Below, piece by piece: positions 1-11,709 of a DNA stretch of 64,000 bases (its first letter is position 1; each line of letters opens with the position of its first letter). The translations under genes were made by a program, and so were the position numbers. This DNA is from Microthyrium microscopicum. Its lineage: Eukaryota. The stretch lies in assembly GCA_010405405.1 (NCBI GenBank), contig MU004238.1, positions 879,530-943,529 of the forward strand, read 5' to 3'. The notes under the pieces are model-generated. The model saw only the letters and a list, made by a program, of their open reading frames with translations, was not told the DNA's origin and searched no databases.

Positions 1-1107
1 CTGAGAGTCGCGGAGGTAGGGGAACGTCGATGTTATTGAGCTGCTTCTGTTGTTGCGGCAGTCCTTCCTGCTATCTGGATCGTGTGTTTCCTTTCGCAGC
101 AGTCTCAACAAGTCCTATTATTGCGAAAGCGCTGGCGACTTTTCCCGGCGCCAAACTCGATCGTTTGCAGTAGTCTTGACACTTCGCAGCTTTTACAAAG
201 AACCATTGCCTTCCTCAGCTATGCTCAATTTGGCATCTGTTCGCTTGCTCTTAACAACCTTGGCATTGTCTTTGGCTTCTTTTCTCCACATTTCAAGGCT
301 CCTCAAAAGGTTTCCACGAGTTCTTCCTATCTTCTGCTCATATTTGGAATGAGCTTCTTGTTAGAATCGCCGATCTCCGTAGTAATGCTTCATTCGACAA
401 CATCTTTCTCAGAATCCTGGTTTTGAGCATGTTCTCTACCTTGTTCGACGTTAGAGCAGCTCGTTACGAGAGAGCAAAGAATTAGACCAACATTTCAGTC
501 GCTGTTTTTGACAAGGTGTGCTGTGCCCATACCACTGGAGGCATAGTCTGTTAACGTAGCAGTGGATTTCCATCAGAAGACCCGAAAAGCTGCGGACGTA
601 GATTGTAGGTCTCGCAGCGGAGTTCCATTGGAAGACCCAGAAAGCTGCGGACGTAGATTGTAGATCTCGCAGCGTATTTCCATTGGAAGACCCAGAAAGC
701 TGCNNNNNNNNNNAGATCTCGCAGCGTATTTCCATTGGAAGACCCAGAAAGCTGCGGACGTAAATTGTAGATCTCGCAGCGTATTTCCATTGGAAGACCC
801 AGAAAGCTCCAGATATAGATTGTAGATCTCGCAGCGGGCTTCCGGCTGAAGACAAGTAAGAGAAAGAACATATTTCAAGAAAAAGACAGACCTGAATGGT
901 AACGAAGCTGTCGTGATAATGTTCGCTCAGATCGGGGAAACAATGCGGGGTGTTGTGACAGATACGGTAAATGGAAGCCGCGTTGCAAGGTGCACTACTT
1001 TTTTGGTGAGGAGGAAACTTCATGTTGAGTTCAATGTTGACCAGCTCAGCCTTGCAAGCTGCAGCGCAACTTGACCAATCATGTCGCACAAGGCTGAAAG
1101 TGCACAT
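1..1107 (-). pseudogene. Probable degraded Cys-rich gene interrupted by a 55-bp minisatellite
   Basis: Minus-strand ATG at 1107 gives MCTFSLVRHDWSSCAAACK...TIQ, followed by a GTCTGT...CTTCAG intron-like segment and then the repeat array. Further downstream the frame reads QEAHSKYEQKIGRTRGNLLRSLEMWRKEAKDNAKVVKSKR with scattered TAA/TAG/TGA stops. No family recognised. Confidence 0.3.
559..837. repeat. 55-bp tandem minisatellite, at least 5 copies, probably collapsed at a 10-N gap
   Basis: Unit GCAGCGTATTTCCATTGGAAGACCCAGAAAGCTGCGGACGTAGATTGTAGATCTC starts at 559, 614, 669, 721 (after the N gap 704-713) and 776, with a partial copy at 831. Confidence 0.95.
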
Positions 1108-1678
1108 CGAAACCAACAATGTGATGGGCAACGGAAACTAAGTTTCCTTATTGAATCTTAAGACATATCAAACTATTGAATTCACAATCAAGTAACAGAT
1201 CCAAAAGTTTACCAGAGACAATCGTTCCTGGCGTATTGCTTACCTACTTGGTTGCTTGTGAGGAGTACCTGGGTGTCAGAATTCAACTAGGAAAGCTAGA
1301 CCCGGTCAGGCTGCCCTGAAAATACGGACGTTGCTAGATCTAGAAACTCTCAGTCGTTGACAGCTGAGAAGATGCTTCTCAAGGATCATTGACGTTTGGT
1401 TTCTTGGCGCCACTTACGCAGGTCTCAATTCGGCCATTATATACTTCAAATCATGAAGCGTCCTAAGTTGATGTATATGAATCTCCTTTCAGTATCATGC
1501 ATTCCCTGCCAGAAGCACAAGACGTTGCTCTTGCCTAATAACATTGCTGTCCTTATTCCCAAAGCAGGTGCTGAGCTTCGTCCGCGGTTCATTCCTCTTT
1601 AGGTATTTGAGATTGTTCAATTCAGGCAGTGGCTATCTTCTTCGCGTCGAGCAGAGTGACCTTCCTCTTTCCACCTGC

Positions 1679-1751
1679 CCCTCCTCCTCTACCCCTCCTC
1701 CTCCTCCTCTTCTTCTTCTTCTTCTTCTTCTTCTTCTTCTTCTTCGTCGTC
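1679..1751. repeat. Compound (CCT)n/(CTT)n trinucleotide microsatellite
   Basis: A cctcctcct... run followed by about 12 CTT units and cgtcgt. Confidence 0.95.
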
Positions 1752-1996
1752 TTTTTCTTACTTTTTTCAAATTCAATTTCTTCTAAATGAAAAACAACTA
1801 TCAACAAGCCTTTGCTGCCTCTCGTCCTCCATCATCACCACTATCTACACAGTACCAGCAGCAACCAGCTCGTTGCAGCCGCTGCGGCAGCACGATCAGG
1901 TGAGCTGCCCGATGTACGTCCAGTATGTACGATACTATTGGCAGTGACTAACAATTGCTTTTAGACCCACCAGGCGAACAAGCACGGTGAGCCAAT

Positions 1997-2895
1997 ATGG
2001 CCACTGGCATCGAAGTCAACATGTCGAAGTACGCTGCCGAGCAGGCTTNNNNNNNNNNNNNNNNNNNNNNNNNNNNNNNNNNNNNNNNNNNNNNNNNNNN
2101 NNNNNNNNNNNNNNNNNNNNNNNNNNNNNNNNNNNNNNNNNNNNNNNNNNNNNNNNNNNNNNNNNNNNNNNNNNNNNNNNNNNNNNNNNNNNNNNNNNNN
2201 NNNNNNNNNNNNNNNNNNNNNNNNNNNNNNNNNNNNNNNNNNNNNNNNNNNNNNNNNNNNNNNNNNNNNNNNNNNNNNNNNNNNNNNNNNNNNNNNNNNN
2301 NNNNNNNNNNNNNNNNNNNNNNNNNNNNNNNNNNNNNNNNNNNNNNNNNNNNNNNNNNNNNNNNNNNNNNNNNNNNNNNNNNNNNNNNNNNNNNNNNNNN
2401 NNNNNNNNNNNNNNNNNNNNNNNNNNNNNNNNNNNNNNNNNNNNNNNNNNNNNNNNNNNNNNNNNNNNNNNNNNNNNNNNNNNNNNNNNNNNNNNNNNNN
2501 NNNNNNNNNNNNNNNNNNNNNNNNNNNNNNNNNNNNNNNNNNNNNNNNNNNNNNNNNNNNNNNNNNNNNNNNNNNNNNNNNNNNNNNNNNNNNNNNNNNN
2601 NNNNNNNNNNNNNNNNNNNNNNNNNNNNNNNNNNNNNNNNNNNNNNNNNNNNNNNNNNNNNNNNNNNNNNNNNNNNNNNNNNNNNNNNNNNNNNNNNNNN
2701 NNNNNNNNNNNNNNNNNNNNNNNNNNNNNNNNNNNNNNNNNNNNNNNNNNNNNNNNNNNNNNNNNNNNNNNNNNNNNNNNNNNNNNNNNNNNNNNNNNNN
2801 NNNNNNNNNNNNNNNNNNNNNNNNNNNNNNNNNNNNNNNNNNNNATCACCAAGCAAGCCATTGAACGACATCTGATCAGCAAACTTCCCACAGGC
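1997..2895 (+). pseudogene. Remnant of the C-terminal GED region of a fungal Mx-like dynamin, split by an assembly gap
   Basis: EVNMSKYAAEQA precedes the gap and ITKQAIERHLISKLP follows it. Together they resemble the fungal Mx/dynamin-like GED pattern (MxxxAxExA..x~20..QxIERHLxxxLP). An in-frame TGA lies at 1988, and no GTPase domain is visible upstream. Confidence 0.5.
2049..2844. other. Assembly gap (796 N)
   Basis: Run of N. Confidence 1.
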
Positions 2896-3033
2896 AAACA
2901 CCAAGGCTTTCTTGGCGAGCCTGCCTGTACGTGACTACTTATCACATTTTTGATCGTGTCTTGCTAACTTGTTCAACAGCAAGGCCGAAGAGAAGAGGAC
3001 GAGGAGGCTCTACTCAGCCTTCTCAGCCAGAGT

Positions 3034-3440
3034 CGGCTGTTGTGGATGCCAGTCGTGGCAATATCGTTGTGTTGGTTTCAGTGCCTTCTCGAGAAGGCGT
3101 AGCTGCTGTTGCAGCCGCTGCTGCCCATTATGGCGGTGTGGTGATTCGCGCCCATGAATGATATAGATACTGTATCATATGGAACCGGCTGTTGTGGATG
3201 CCAGTCGTGGCAATATCGTTGTGTTGGTTTCAGTGCCTTCTCGAGAAGGCGTAGCCGCCGTTGCCGCCGCTGCTGCCCATTATGGCGGTGTGGTGATTCG
3301 CGCCCATGAATGATATAGATACTGTATCATATGGAGCCGGCTGTTGTGCTGGTTTTTGTACCTTCTCGAGAAGGGCGCTGCTGCTGCTTCCCATTATGGC
3401 GGCGTTGTAATCCGTGCTCTTGAATGATTGTAGGTACTAT
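3034..3440. repeat. 152-bp tandem repeat: two near-identical copies plus a degenerate third
   Basis: CGGCTGTTGTGGATGCCAGTCGTGGC... starts at 3034 and 3186. A shortened, diverged copy starts at 3338 (period 152). Confidence 0.93.
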
Positions 3441-3860
3441 AGCAGGGAACGGGCGCAAGAGGAAATGAGATTGAGAGCACCCTGGCAGGAAGAGCGATCC
3501 CAGGTCGTCAAAAGGATATACAAAGGTATCGATTACTTCTAATCCAAGTCTTCACATTGTCGAAAGATCTGAGACCCTCTTCAAATACTTGTATCATCAT
3601 CTTACCTAAAGTGTTCTCCCATTATCAGTCCGCTACCCTCCACCGGTATAGTACTGTATCTCAGCATTGATAAAATTACTAGTGATATCATAATTAGAGC
3701 TTCAGTTGGCAGATATCTTGACTCCTTTATTGTCTTATCCTACTGTGAACAAAATGGAGAATATGCGCCGACCAACTTCGTTGGCTAGTATCTGACATGT
3801 TCTAACCACTGCACCAACCGTCTTATCAACTGACACACACAGACAACCGGTGGACAAAAT

Positions 3861-4178
3861 AACTAGCGTGCTCCCATAGAGTTCGATGGCTCCCAAATGA
3901 CACGCTTTTCTATCGATTGCTTTATCTCCCATCAAGGGCGTTTATGCTAACGCAGTTCATCAAACGCGATGGAAAAAATAGTATTCTTTATTAAGTAGCG
4001 TTCATGGGAGCCATTGAAGTTAATGGGGGTACGCCAGTTATTTTGTTCATCGTTTGACAGACCATCAAGACCGTTCGATGGGAAAGTGATTGTCATCTTT
4101 TTATCAAAAGCGATGGTAGCCATCGACTTCGATGGTCAGCGTAGCAATTAGGTTGACCATTCTGTGGGCTCGCTAATG
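3861..4178. repeat. Degenerate fold-back / MITE-like relic with nested inverted repeats
   Basis: Imperfect terminal IR AACTAGCGTGCTCCCATAG (3861) / CTGTGGGCTCGCTAATG (4162-4178). Internal IR TTCGATGGCTCCCA (3882-3895) / TGGGAGCCATTGAA (4005-4018). Palindromes CGATGGTAGCCATCG and CCATCGACTTCGATGG at 4111-4135. Confidence 0.35.
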
Positions 4179-4444
4179 GACCGAAAATTTAGGATTGGTG
4201 TTCATACCTATGGTGACCGGGCACCTGGGCTTGGATAATAACTCTTTGGCGAACCCGAGGCTGCTAAGGATAGTAATAAGAAATTTCGAGATTTACATAC
4301 TGATGTCTTAGACTTGCCCAACAACGATAATAAGGATTCTTCGATCCGAGTCCTTTGAGTCAACGCAATGAACATAGCAGAATCTCCAAGCCAAAACCAA
4401 TATCAGTCCACAAGCCCATAGTATAGGAGATCAGAGATACAAAA

Positions 4445-7400
4445 TTACGTAACCACAAAGAAACTCTTCTCCCCATCCTTTGGCACAGCAGTTCCCCTCT
4501 TCAAAATCGGATCCGCACAACTCGTCCGAATCCTCTCCACAGTAGCCGGACTCTTCAAGCACAACACATCCTCCACACCCCACTGCTTCCGCGCCGCCTT
4601 AAGCGCATCACGAATCGCAAAGAACACTGCGCTCCCCATAAACAACGGCGGCTCACCCACACCTCTCGACCGCTGTATCGTACGCAGATTCTCCCACGTC
4701 ACATCCTTGAGAATACTCACATTAAACTCTTGCGGGATATCTCTGAACCCAGGGATCTTGTAATTGCCTGGCCCACGCGTAAACATTTGTCCGTTGGCGC
4801 GTAGCCAGAGTGGTTCTTCAGTGGTGAAGAGTCCTTGGCCTTGGACAAAGGCGCCTTCGATTTGGCCATAGTCGATGGAGGGGTTGATACTGCGGCCAAC
4901 GTCCATTTTTATGTCGGCGCGTAGACAGGTCCAGTCGCCGGTGAGGGTGTCGATTTCGACTTCGGCGGCTGTTACGCCTTGGGTGAAGTAGAAGAACATT
5001 TGGCCGGTATTTTCGCCCCATACGTAGCCGATATCAGGGGTCTTGTAGAAGCCTTGTGCGCTGAGGTTTACACGCTCAAAGTAGGCTGCGTGTGCGAGTT
5101 TGCTCATTGGTGCGTCTGGGCCGAGCTTTTCACGGAAGGGAGCGAGACGTTCATTCAGTTGCTCGCAGGCGTTGAATATGGCGTAACCGTTGAGATCAGA
5201 GCTGGCGGAGGCGGCGGTGGAAGAAGTGTTGGCGACGGTGTTAGTGGCGGTTTCACTGATGAAGATATTCTCGGGCGAAACTTGAAGGGCTTCGGCCGCG
5301 ATCATGATCATCTTGGTGTGTAAACCTTGGCCCATTTCTGTGCCGCCGTGAGCTAGGAGAACACTGCCGTCGTGGTATATGTGGACGAGGGCACCTGCTT
5401 GATTGAGGAAGAGGGCGGTAAAGGAGATACCGAATTTGGTGGGAATCAATGCCAGGCCACGCTTATTCCATTTGTGAATCTTGTTGTACTCGGTGATAGC
5501 CTCTCGTCGGCTTGCGTAGTTTGTTTCGTCTTGTACTTGTTGATACATGAGCGGTACATGCCAATCCTTAAGTTCCTGGTTGAAATGGGTGTTTTCGCCT
5601 GCTTTGTACATGTTGATTTCACGAAACCTTTCCACTGGAATTTTAAGATGATCCGCTACCTCTTCCATGAAGGTTTCTGCGAGGAACATTCCTTGTGGTC
5701 CACCAAATCCACGGAAAGCTGTGTTTGATACAGTGTTGGTCTTTGCGATACGTCCACGAACATAGACATTGGGTATATTGTAAACACCATCGCTGTGAGA
5801 AAGGGCACGATCAACAACAGCAGCGCTGAGATCTTGTGTCCATCCACCATTGTTGAAGACATCAGCATCTAAAGCTTGCAATTTACCATCCTTGTTGACA
5901 GCAACCTTCCATCGGTATAGGAAAGGATGACGCATACCAGAAGTAAGCATATCATCATCTCTGTTCAACATGCATCGAACAGGTCGCCTAGTTTTGTTGG
6001 CTGCAGCAGCGCATATGCCGGCAAGTTGAACTGATCGAGTTTCTTTACCACCAAATCCACCACCGATTCGCTTCACACGACAGACAACCTTGTTTGCCGC
6101 GACTCCAGTGACTTGTGCAACATATGCTTGTGTTTCCGATGGGTTCTGCGTTCCGCTGAAAATTTCCATTTCACCATCTTCCGGTTTTGGAATAACCACG
6201 CAAGCTTGAGTCTCAAGATAAAAATGTTCTTGAGCACCCATTCGAGAAATTCCAGTGAAAACGTGGTCGGCAGTTTTGAAAGCATCTTCCACATCACCAT
6301 TCTTGATGTAATGATAGTGATCAAAGAAGCTTTCCTTTTCGATAGCCTCCTCAATCGTATAAATGGCTGGAAGTTCTTCATATTCGATTTTCACAGCTCT
6401 GGCAGCGGCCTCTGCTTGCTTGGCTGTTGACGCAACTATAACACCAATGGGTTGTCCGGCACTGAATACTTCATCAACTGCGAAAAAGGTCTCATCACAA
6501 TTTGGCGCTCCCCACCAGTTGGCTTCCGGGTTTGGCAGATCTCGATGATCCACGTAATCATGAACGCCAGGCATATCCAAAGCAGCAGCAGTGTCTACAG
6601 AAAGAATTCGAGCATGAGCCTTTGTCGATAGAACCATGTGTCCAAAGAGTTCATTCATCTGGACAGGTATATCATCCGTATACTGTGCTTCTCCGGCGCA
6701 TTGCTTGAGGGCAGCAACATGGGGTTTGGCTTTTCCAAGAACTTGTTTCGTGTATGCCTGAGTAGCTTCGTGATCCTTTTGGCCAGTCGATATCAATCTC
6801 TCCATCTCTCCAACTGCCTCTCCATCCGCTTCTTCATGTCCAAGTTGCTCCAATATTTCATGGTAGAACTTGTAGAAAAAGCTAAGTGCCAACGTCTTTC
6901 GGTAAGTGGCCATACCTCCTGGAACACCAAATCGGAGATCGAAATCCTGTTCGAGAGCATTCATCGCTCCTTCTAGAGTGCTCTGCTCAGTCAATACTTT
7001 TCCTTGTAGATATTCTACGGCCTTCTTGGCCATAACAGTAGTTGGTGCCATGCCACCATAGACAAGGCTCGAGTCTTCGACGACATTGTTTTCGTCCAGA
7101 ACCATCCTGAGAGCAGCATTGACGATGGCAATATCATCATCTTTTCTTTTGGCTTGCTTGAAAGCGCTCATATACTCGCCCTTTTCTCTTGCAACAGGAA
7201 TTCGAATGGAAGCAATGATGGCATTCGGTGGGAGTGCTGTCGTCCGATAGCCCTTGAAGAATGAGAGCATTGGGATTTCAATTGTTTCGTCGATTGATTT
7301 GGCAATAATCACAGAGTTTGTAGCCATGAAAACCGGGTTCAAGTCTGAAATTGGGGAAGCAGTGGCGAGATTTCCTGCTGGTGTTCCGACATTTCGAATT

Positions 7401-8584
7401 TGTCTTCCAGCAAAATATCTCAGTTGCTTTAGAACAGCAGCGAAAGGTTGTGATTTCTTGGGTCCGTAATGCTCAATAGCTTTTTGCATAATGTGTTCGA
7501 CATCTGTTAAGATGACATTGCCTCCAAGCTCAATATGATCATCATTGAAGGTATATCCTCGAAGTTCTGCAATATCACCCACAAACACGGATGGGTCGTA
7601 CTTCATAGCCTTGAACTTGACCTCGATTTGTGTTTCCGTGCTTCCACCAATAATCTTCGCACTGGGAAATGTACCTTTGATTTGCAAAAGCTGTTCCAAT
7701 GTTGCTGGGCGTAGCCATTTCTTTCGCTTATTGCCAAAAGCTAAAGCTTCATATTTGTGATTCTTCAGTGCTGGAGGGAAGATGAGTTCTGTGTCCGGGC
7801 TGTATTCAATAAATTCCGGAGCTTTGAATTGTTTGGCTGGGTTAGTCTCCCGATCTCCAGTCATACAGCAAGCGCCATCTGGACCCTTTTTCATACAACA
7901 ACCCGAATCACCACTGGCACTATCATCGTTGCTGCTAGTATCAGATTTGCAGCAGCCTGCAGAGACGCTGAAAGACTGAGCAGCATCCAGCAGTGGTCGA
8001 TAACCAGTACAACGACAAAGATTGCCATCAAAGGCCTCTTCGACATCTGATTCGTTGGGCTTTGGGTTGTTCCGAAGGAGAGCGTACATGCTCATAACAA
8101 TGCCGGGGGTACAGAAGCCACATTGACTTCCATTGCCTTTGGCAAATCGCTCTTGTACTGGGTGAGGCCGTTTGGAGTTTCCGATACCTTCGACGGTGAC
8201 AACATGTTTGCCATCAACACTGACAAGTGGGGCAAGACAAGCATTGACTGAAGCGTGATAGATTTGTTTGGTGGTGGGGTTATATTGTGAGACAACCTAT
8301 ATCAACGATTAGTATCCAGACGAGGCTGAAGTTATCAAGTGGCGATGGATAATACTTACAACTGTACAAGCACCACATCCTCCTTCAGCACATCCAAGCT
8401 TTGTTCCAGTCAGGCCAATTCCTCTCAAATATTCCAAGAGAGTGACTTCTGGATCGGCGGTATCAAGGACGACTTTGGTGCCGTTAAGATAGAACTTTAG
8501 AGTGTCATGATAGTCAGAGGTAAGAGCTGCAAGCTGTTTGGCAGCATCATCGCTGACAGCTGAAGTGACAAGTCCTGGAGACAT
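4445..8584 (-). CDS. hxA: Xanthine dehydrogenase (molybdo-flavoenzyme, purine hydroxylase I)
   Basis: 2Fe-2S motifs [22 protein letters not shown] and [14 protein letters not shown] region FAGRQIRNV; Moco motifs [18 protein letters not shown] and GVGEPP. Exons 8584-8360 and 8296-4445; intron 8359-8297 (GTAAGT...CTAAT...TAG) restores the frame. Confidence 0.98.
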
Positions 8585-8776
8585 ATCTGATCAGATTCGA
8601 GCTGTAGCTATGGTCACAACATTGATTAGAGTAAGAAAGAAGTGGATGAGGCTTTAGGAAGAAATAGAATTCTTATCTACAGCAGCGATCTCACAGGTTG
8701 AATGTGCTGCAGCTAAAGATGAGCGGATAGACGTCAGGGAAGGGCTGCAACCGTGGGGCAAACCAATGTTTGACGG

Positions 8777-8789
8777 CGGGGTCCGCCGA
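8777..8789. promoter_or_regulatory. Candidate UaY/Ppr1-type site (CGG-N6-CCG) upstream of xanthine dehydrogenase
   Basis: CGG GGTCCG CCGA about 190 bp upstream of the ATG, within the palindrome CGGCGG-GGT-CCGCCG. A GATA site (CTTATC, ~8672) lies nearby. Confidence 0.45.
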
Positions 8790-9922
8790 CCAGATCAACC
8801 ATTGGCCGCATCTCAGTTGAATTGATCTTCTTAAAGGTCGTGATCCTGGCGATGGATACAACTCGGGCGGGACAATATGATGCTAGCTGGATATGGAAGT
8901 GGTGATGATTTCTTTGGTGTTGAGATCATTTCAGGGATCTGCATTGACACTGAAGACCCCCAGCCAGGAGCAACGAGATCTGCCAGCATCTGAGAAAGGG
9001 GTCGGATGAGAGGCGTAATTTATTGGGAGAAGGCGTCAAACCGGAACCAACGATACCTGTCTCAATTTCGGTCCAATCCCAGATATATCTCCTAGGATAC
9101 TCTATATTTACCATGTCCGGGCACGTCTCAAAGACCAAAGACGCGTGCCGTGGTTGACTGCATGTTTTATCGGATCTACCTTTAAGAAACTCAAGAACAA
9201 ACAAGATATAGGGAAGCCGTGGTATATCAACAGTCAGTAAGGAGGAAAATGTAGAATGGAGACCAGGTTAATTGGTTGGGCGGCCGCGGATTGAGGATGA
9301 TGGAGATGAATGGGGAGGTATTGGGCTTTGCGGCTGTGTAGAATGCTTCATTTGCCAGCAACACATTGAATACCTTGGAAGGGCCCCTTTTATCTCCCAC
9401 TCCAACTTGACCACCACAACCTCTCTCACACTCTCCTCTCACCAACTATTGACTCTTCCTTGTCTTTCTATCGCTACCGTGTCTGTGCCGCCATCTATCT
9501 CTCAAATACTCTGTACTCCTTAACCAACTAACACACAGTGCGTACAACCATCGTGCTTTTGGTTCCTGCCAAGATCAAATCCCCCTGCTGTTGTTCACTG
9601 TCTCTGCCCACTTATTGTCTCTGTTCAAGAGGTGCTACCGCTGCTTTCAAACACTCCTCCTGGTCTCTCTCTCCTAAACCTTATCAAACCTGGAATATTT
9701 CATCGCATTACCATTCTGTTCCATCCGAGACAAGCCGCAATTTGGTTTGGCCAAGTCACGTTTATATCCCATCCACGGTTCAACCATCCACCAATCCAAC
9801 TTCGGTCCGTTTCCTCAACCGCCATCCTCACCCACTTTCTGTTCCATCTTCCTTCCTCGCCCTCTTTCGTCTCTGCCACTCACTACTCCTTCTTTCACTG
9901 TAAACCTCGCACTTCTTACAAT

Positions 9923-10965
9923 ATGGACGACATACAACAATCCCGCGGCGTCTGCCTCTTTGATCTTCCTGCTGAAATACGCGCAATGGTCTACCAATCA
10001 CTACTTATTAGCGACACTGCATACCGACTAGGACATCACGGCCCGTATTCCCACGAGAAGAGAGATCAAAACACAGACATAGGCAAAATATACCCATCAA
10101 TACTGGCAACATGTCAAGCTGTATTTGCAGAGGCCTCAGAAGTGCTTTATGGCGATAATACGTTTTATTTGGGTACGTTCATTCCATGAGGCCTGTAACG
10201 TTCTGATCAATTTCCCTTTCGTCCGTCACATGTGATGAGCGCTTTATGCTATGCATTGCATAATATACGGATATCAGAATCGGATGGGGAAAATACCAAA
10301 CTTTAAATTTGCAGAATAGAAAGACTCAGGCTAACCGCAAACCTACAGGTCCCGTCGGTCACAAACCCACTTACTCCGCTTCCTTCATCACCAGCATCGG
10401 TGCCCATAACGCAGCCAAAATCCGCACTCTCGTAGCTCACTGTGTACATCCCATCCACCTATCGCCTCGATACCTGAAACAATGGATATCGTCGTACGGT
10501 CTCGATATCAGCAGAGTTAAAGTCCTAGCCATCAGCTTTAGCCCTTGCATCACTGGTGAAAACTCCACCATCTCCATCCGTTCCTACCCAAGCCTTCCCG
10601 CCATATCTGCTACACTTCCACAATACATGGGACCACCCGGTGGACATTTCCACATGATGAACCACTTGCTTCTACCGGGCTCGCATACGACGCTTCCACC
10701 GGCCCCCAATGTTGTCGGAAGCAACGCCAGTTCTCACACAGACGAACAAGAGATGTTGAAAATGCAGATTAAGATCCAATTCGAATATGCATTGATGGAA
10801 GGCCGAATGGCAGATCAGGCCAAGGACTGGGTGCCCATGGTCCCAGCATCAAGACAAGACGTCATGAAATGGGCGGAATTGAAAAACACAGACCTGCGCT
10901 CCGGAAAACGTTGGCTTCTATACGTGTGCCCGACATTTCAGCGAAAGCTTACTCTACGCTTTTGA
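9923..10965 (+). CDS. Hypothetical protein with an N-terminal F-box-like motif
   Basis: LFDLPAEIRAMVYQSLL and SILATCQAVFAEASEVLYGDNTF are typical of fungal F-box-like proteins. Intron 10173-10348 (GTACGT...GCTAAC...CAG) joins ORFs 9632-10189 and 10309-10965 in frame. Confidence 0.8.
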
Positions 10966-11709
10966 TTCGATGGCAATGGCACGACTGTCTTTCGGAGACT
11001 CAGGTACATGTCTCCTGAAAAGCCAGCATGGACACCAACTATGAAAAATCATCTCATAACATCTCAGCAGACTCCACTCTCCCAAGAACGAAACCCTTAC
11101 ACAACTCTCCCACCAAACTCAACCCCTACCATACTCTCATCACATGACTCTCAATTTTGATCTGTTTTTCCAGCGACTTATCACGCATCTAATGTTAATC
11201 ATCGACCAACGATTCGGGCACTAATGCACCCGCCCCTCCTCACGGCCCTCTCATGTCTCCAGCATATCAGCCTTTGCACTATTACTCTATTCCTCTTTTC
11301 GGGCGGTCAAAGATACCCACTTAATCATTTAATCGGCGTTCTTCCTTACTATCTTTTGTGGTACTATTTTGTTGGTTTTGAAAAATGCAGCGATTTATCA
11401 TGTCATTTGCCAGTGGGCCTGTAATTGGAGCAAGTCACTAATGGATTCTAAATCTGGACGCATACGGTTTTCTTGTACGTTGTGTTTTCACTATCAGCGG
11501 CTGGATTGGAAGAGCATAGCACGGCAATTGTAGAAGTATTCATGTTTTGTGGTATTAGCTGTCGAATGTGGAGTAGCTGAACTATTATACCTTTGCGAAT
11601 CTTGAAACCTTTTCCCTCAATTTTGGATATTTCTCTTGGTGTTCTTTATAGTCTCTCATACTCTTCATCTCGCGTCTCCTTTTTGGCTCCAGTCAGGTTC
11701 CTATAATCC

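Noticed and set aside
559..837. CRISPR-like array
   Set aside because: Units are contiguous with no unique spacers, there are no cas genes, and the context is eukaryotic. It is a minisatellite.
1948..2945. Four ~300-aa ORFs in the ORF track
   Set aside because: Artefacts of translating through the N gap. The same applies to 33425-33781.
10173..10348. Possible intronic C/D snoRNA in an unusually long intron (GTGATGA at ~10233)
   Set aside because: No downstream CTGA D box or terminal stem within the intron.
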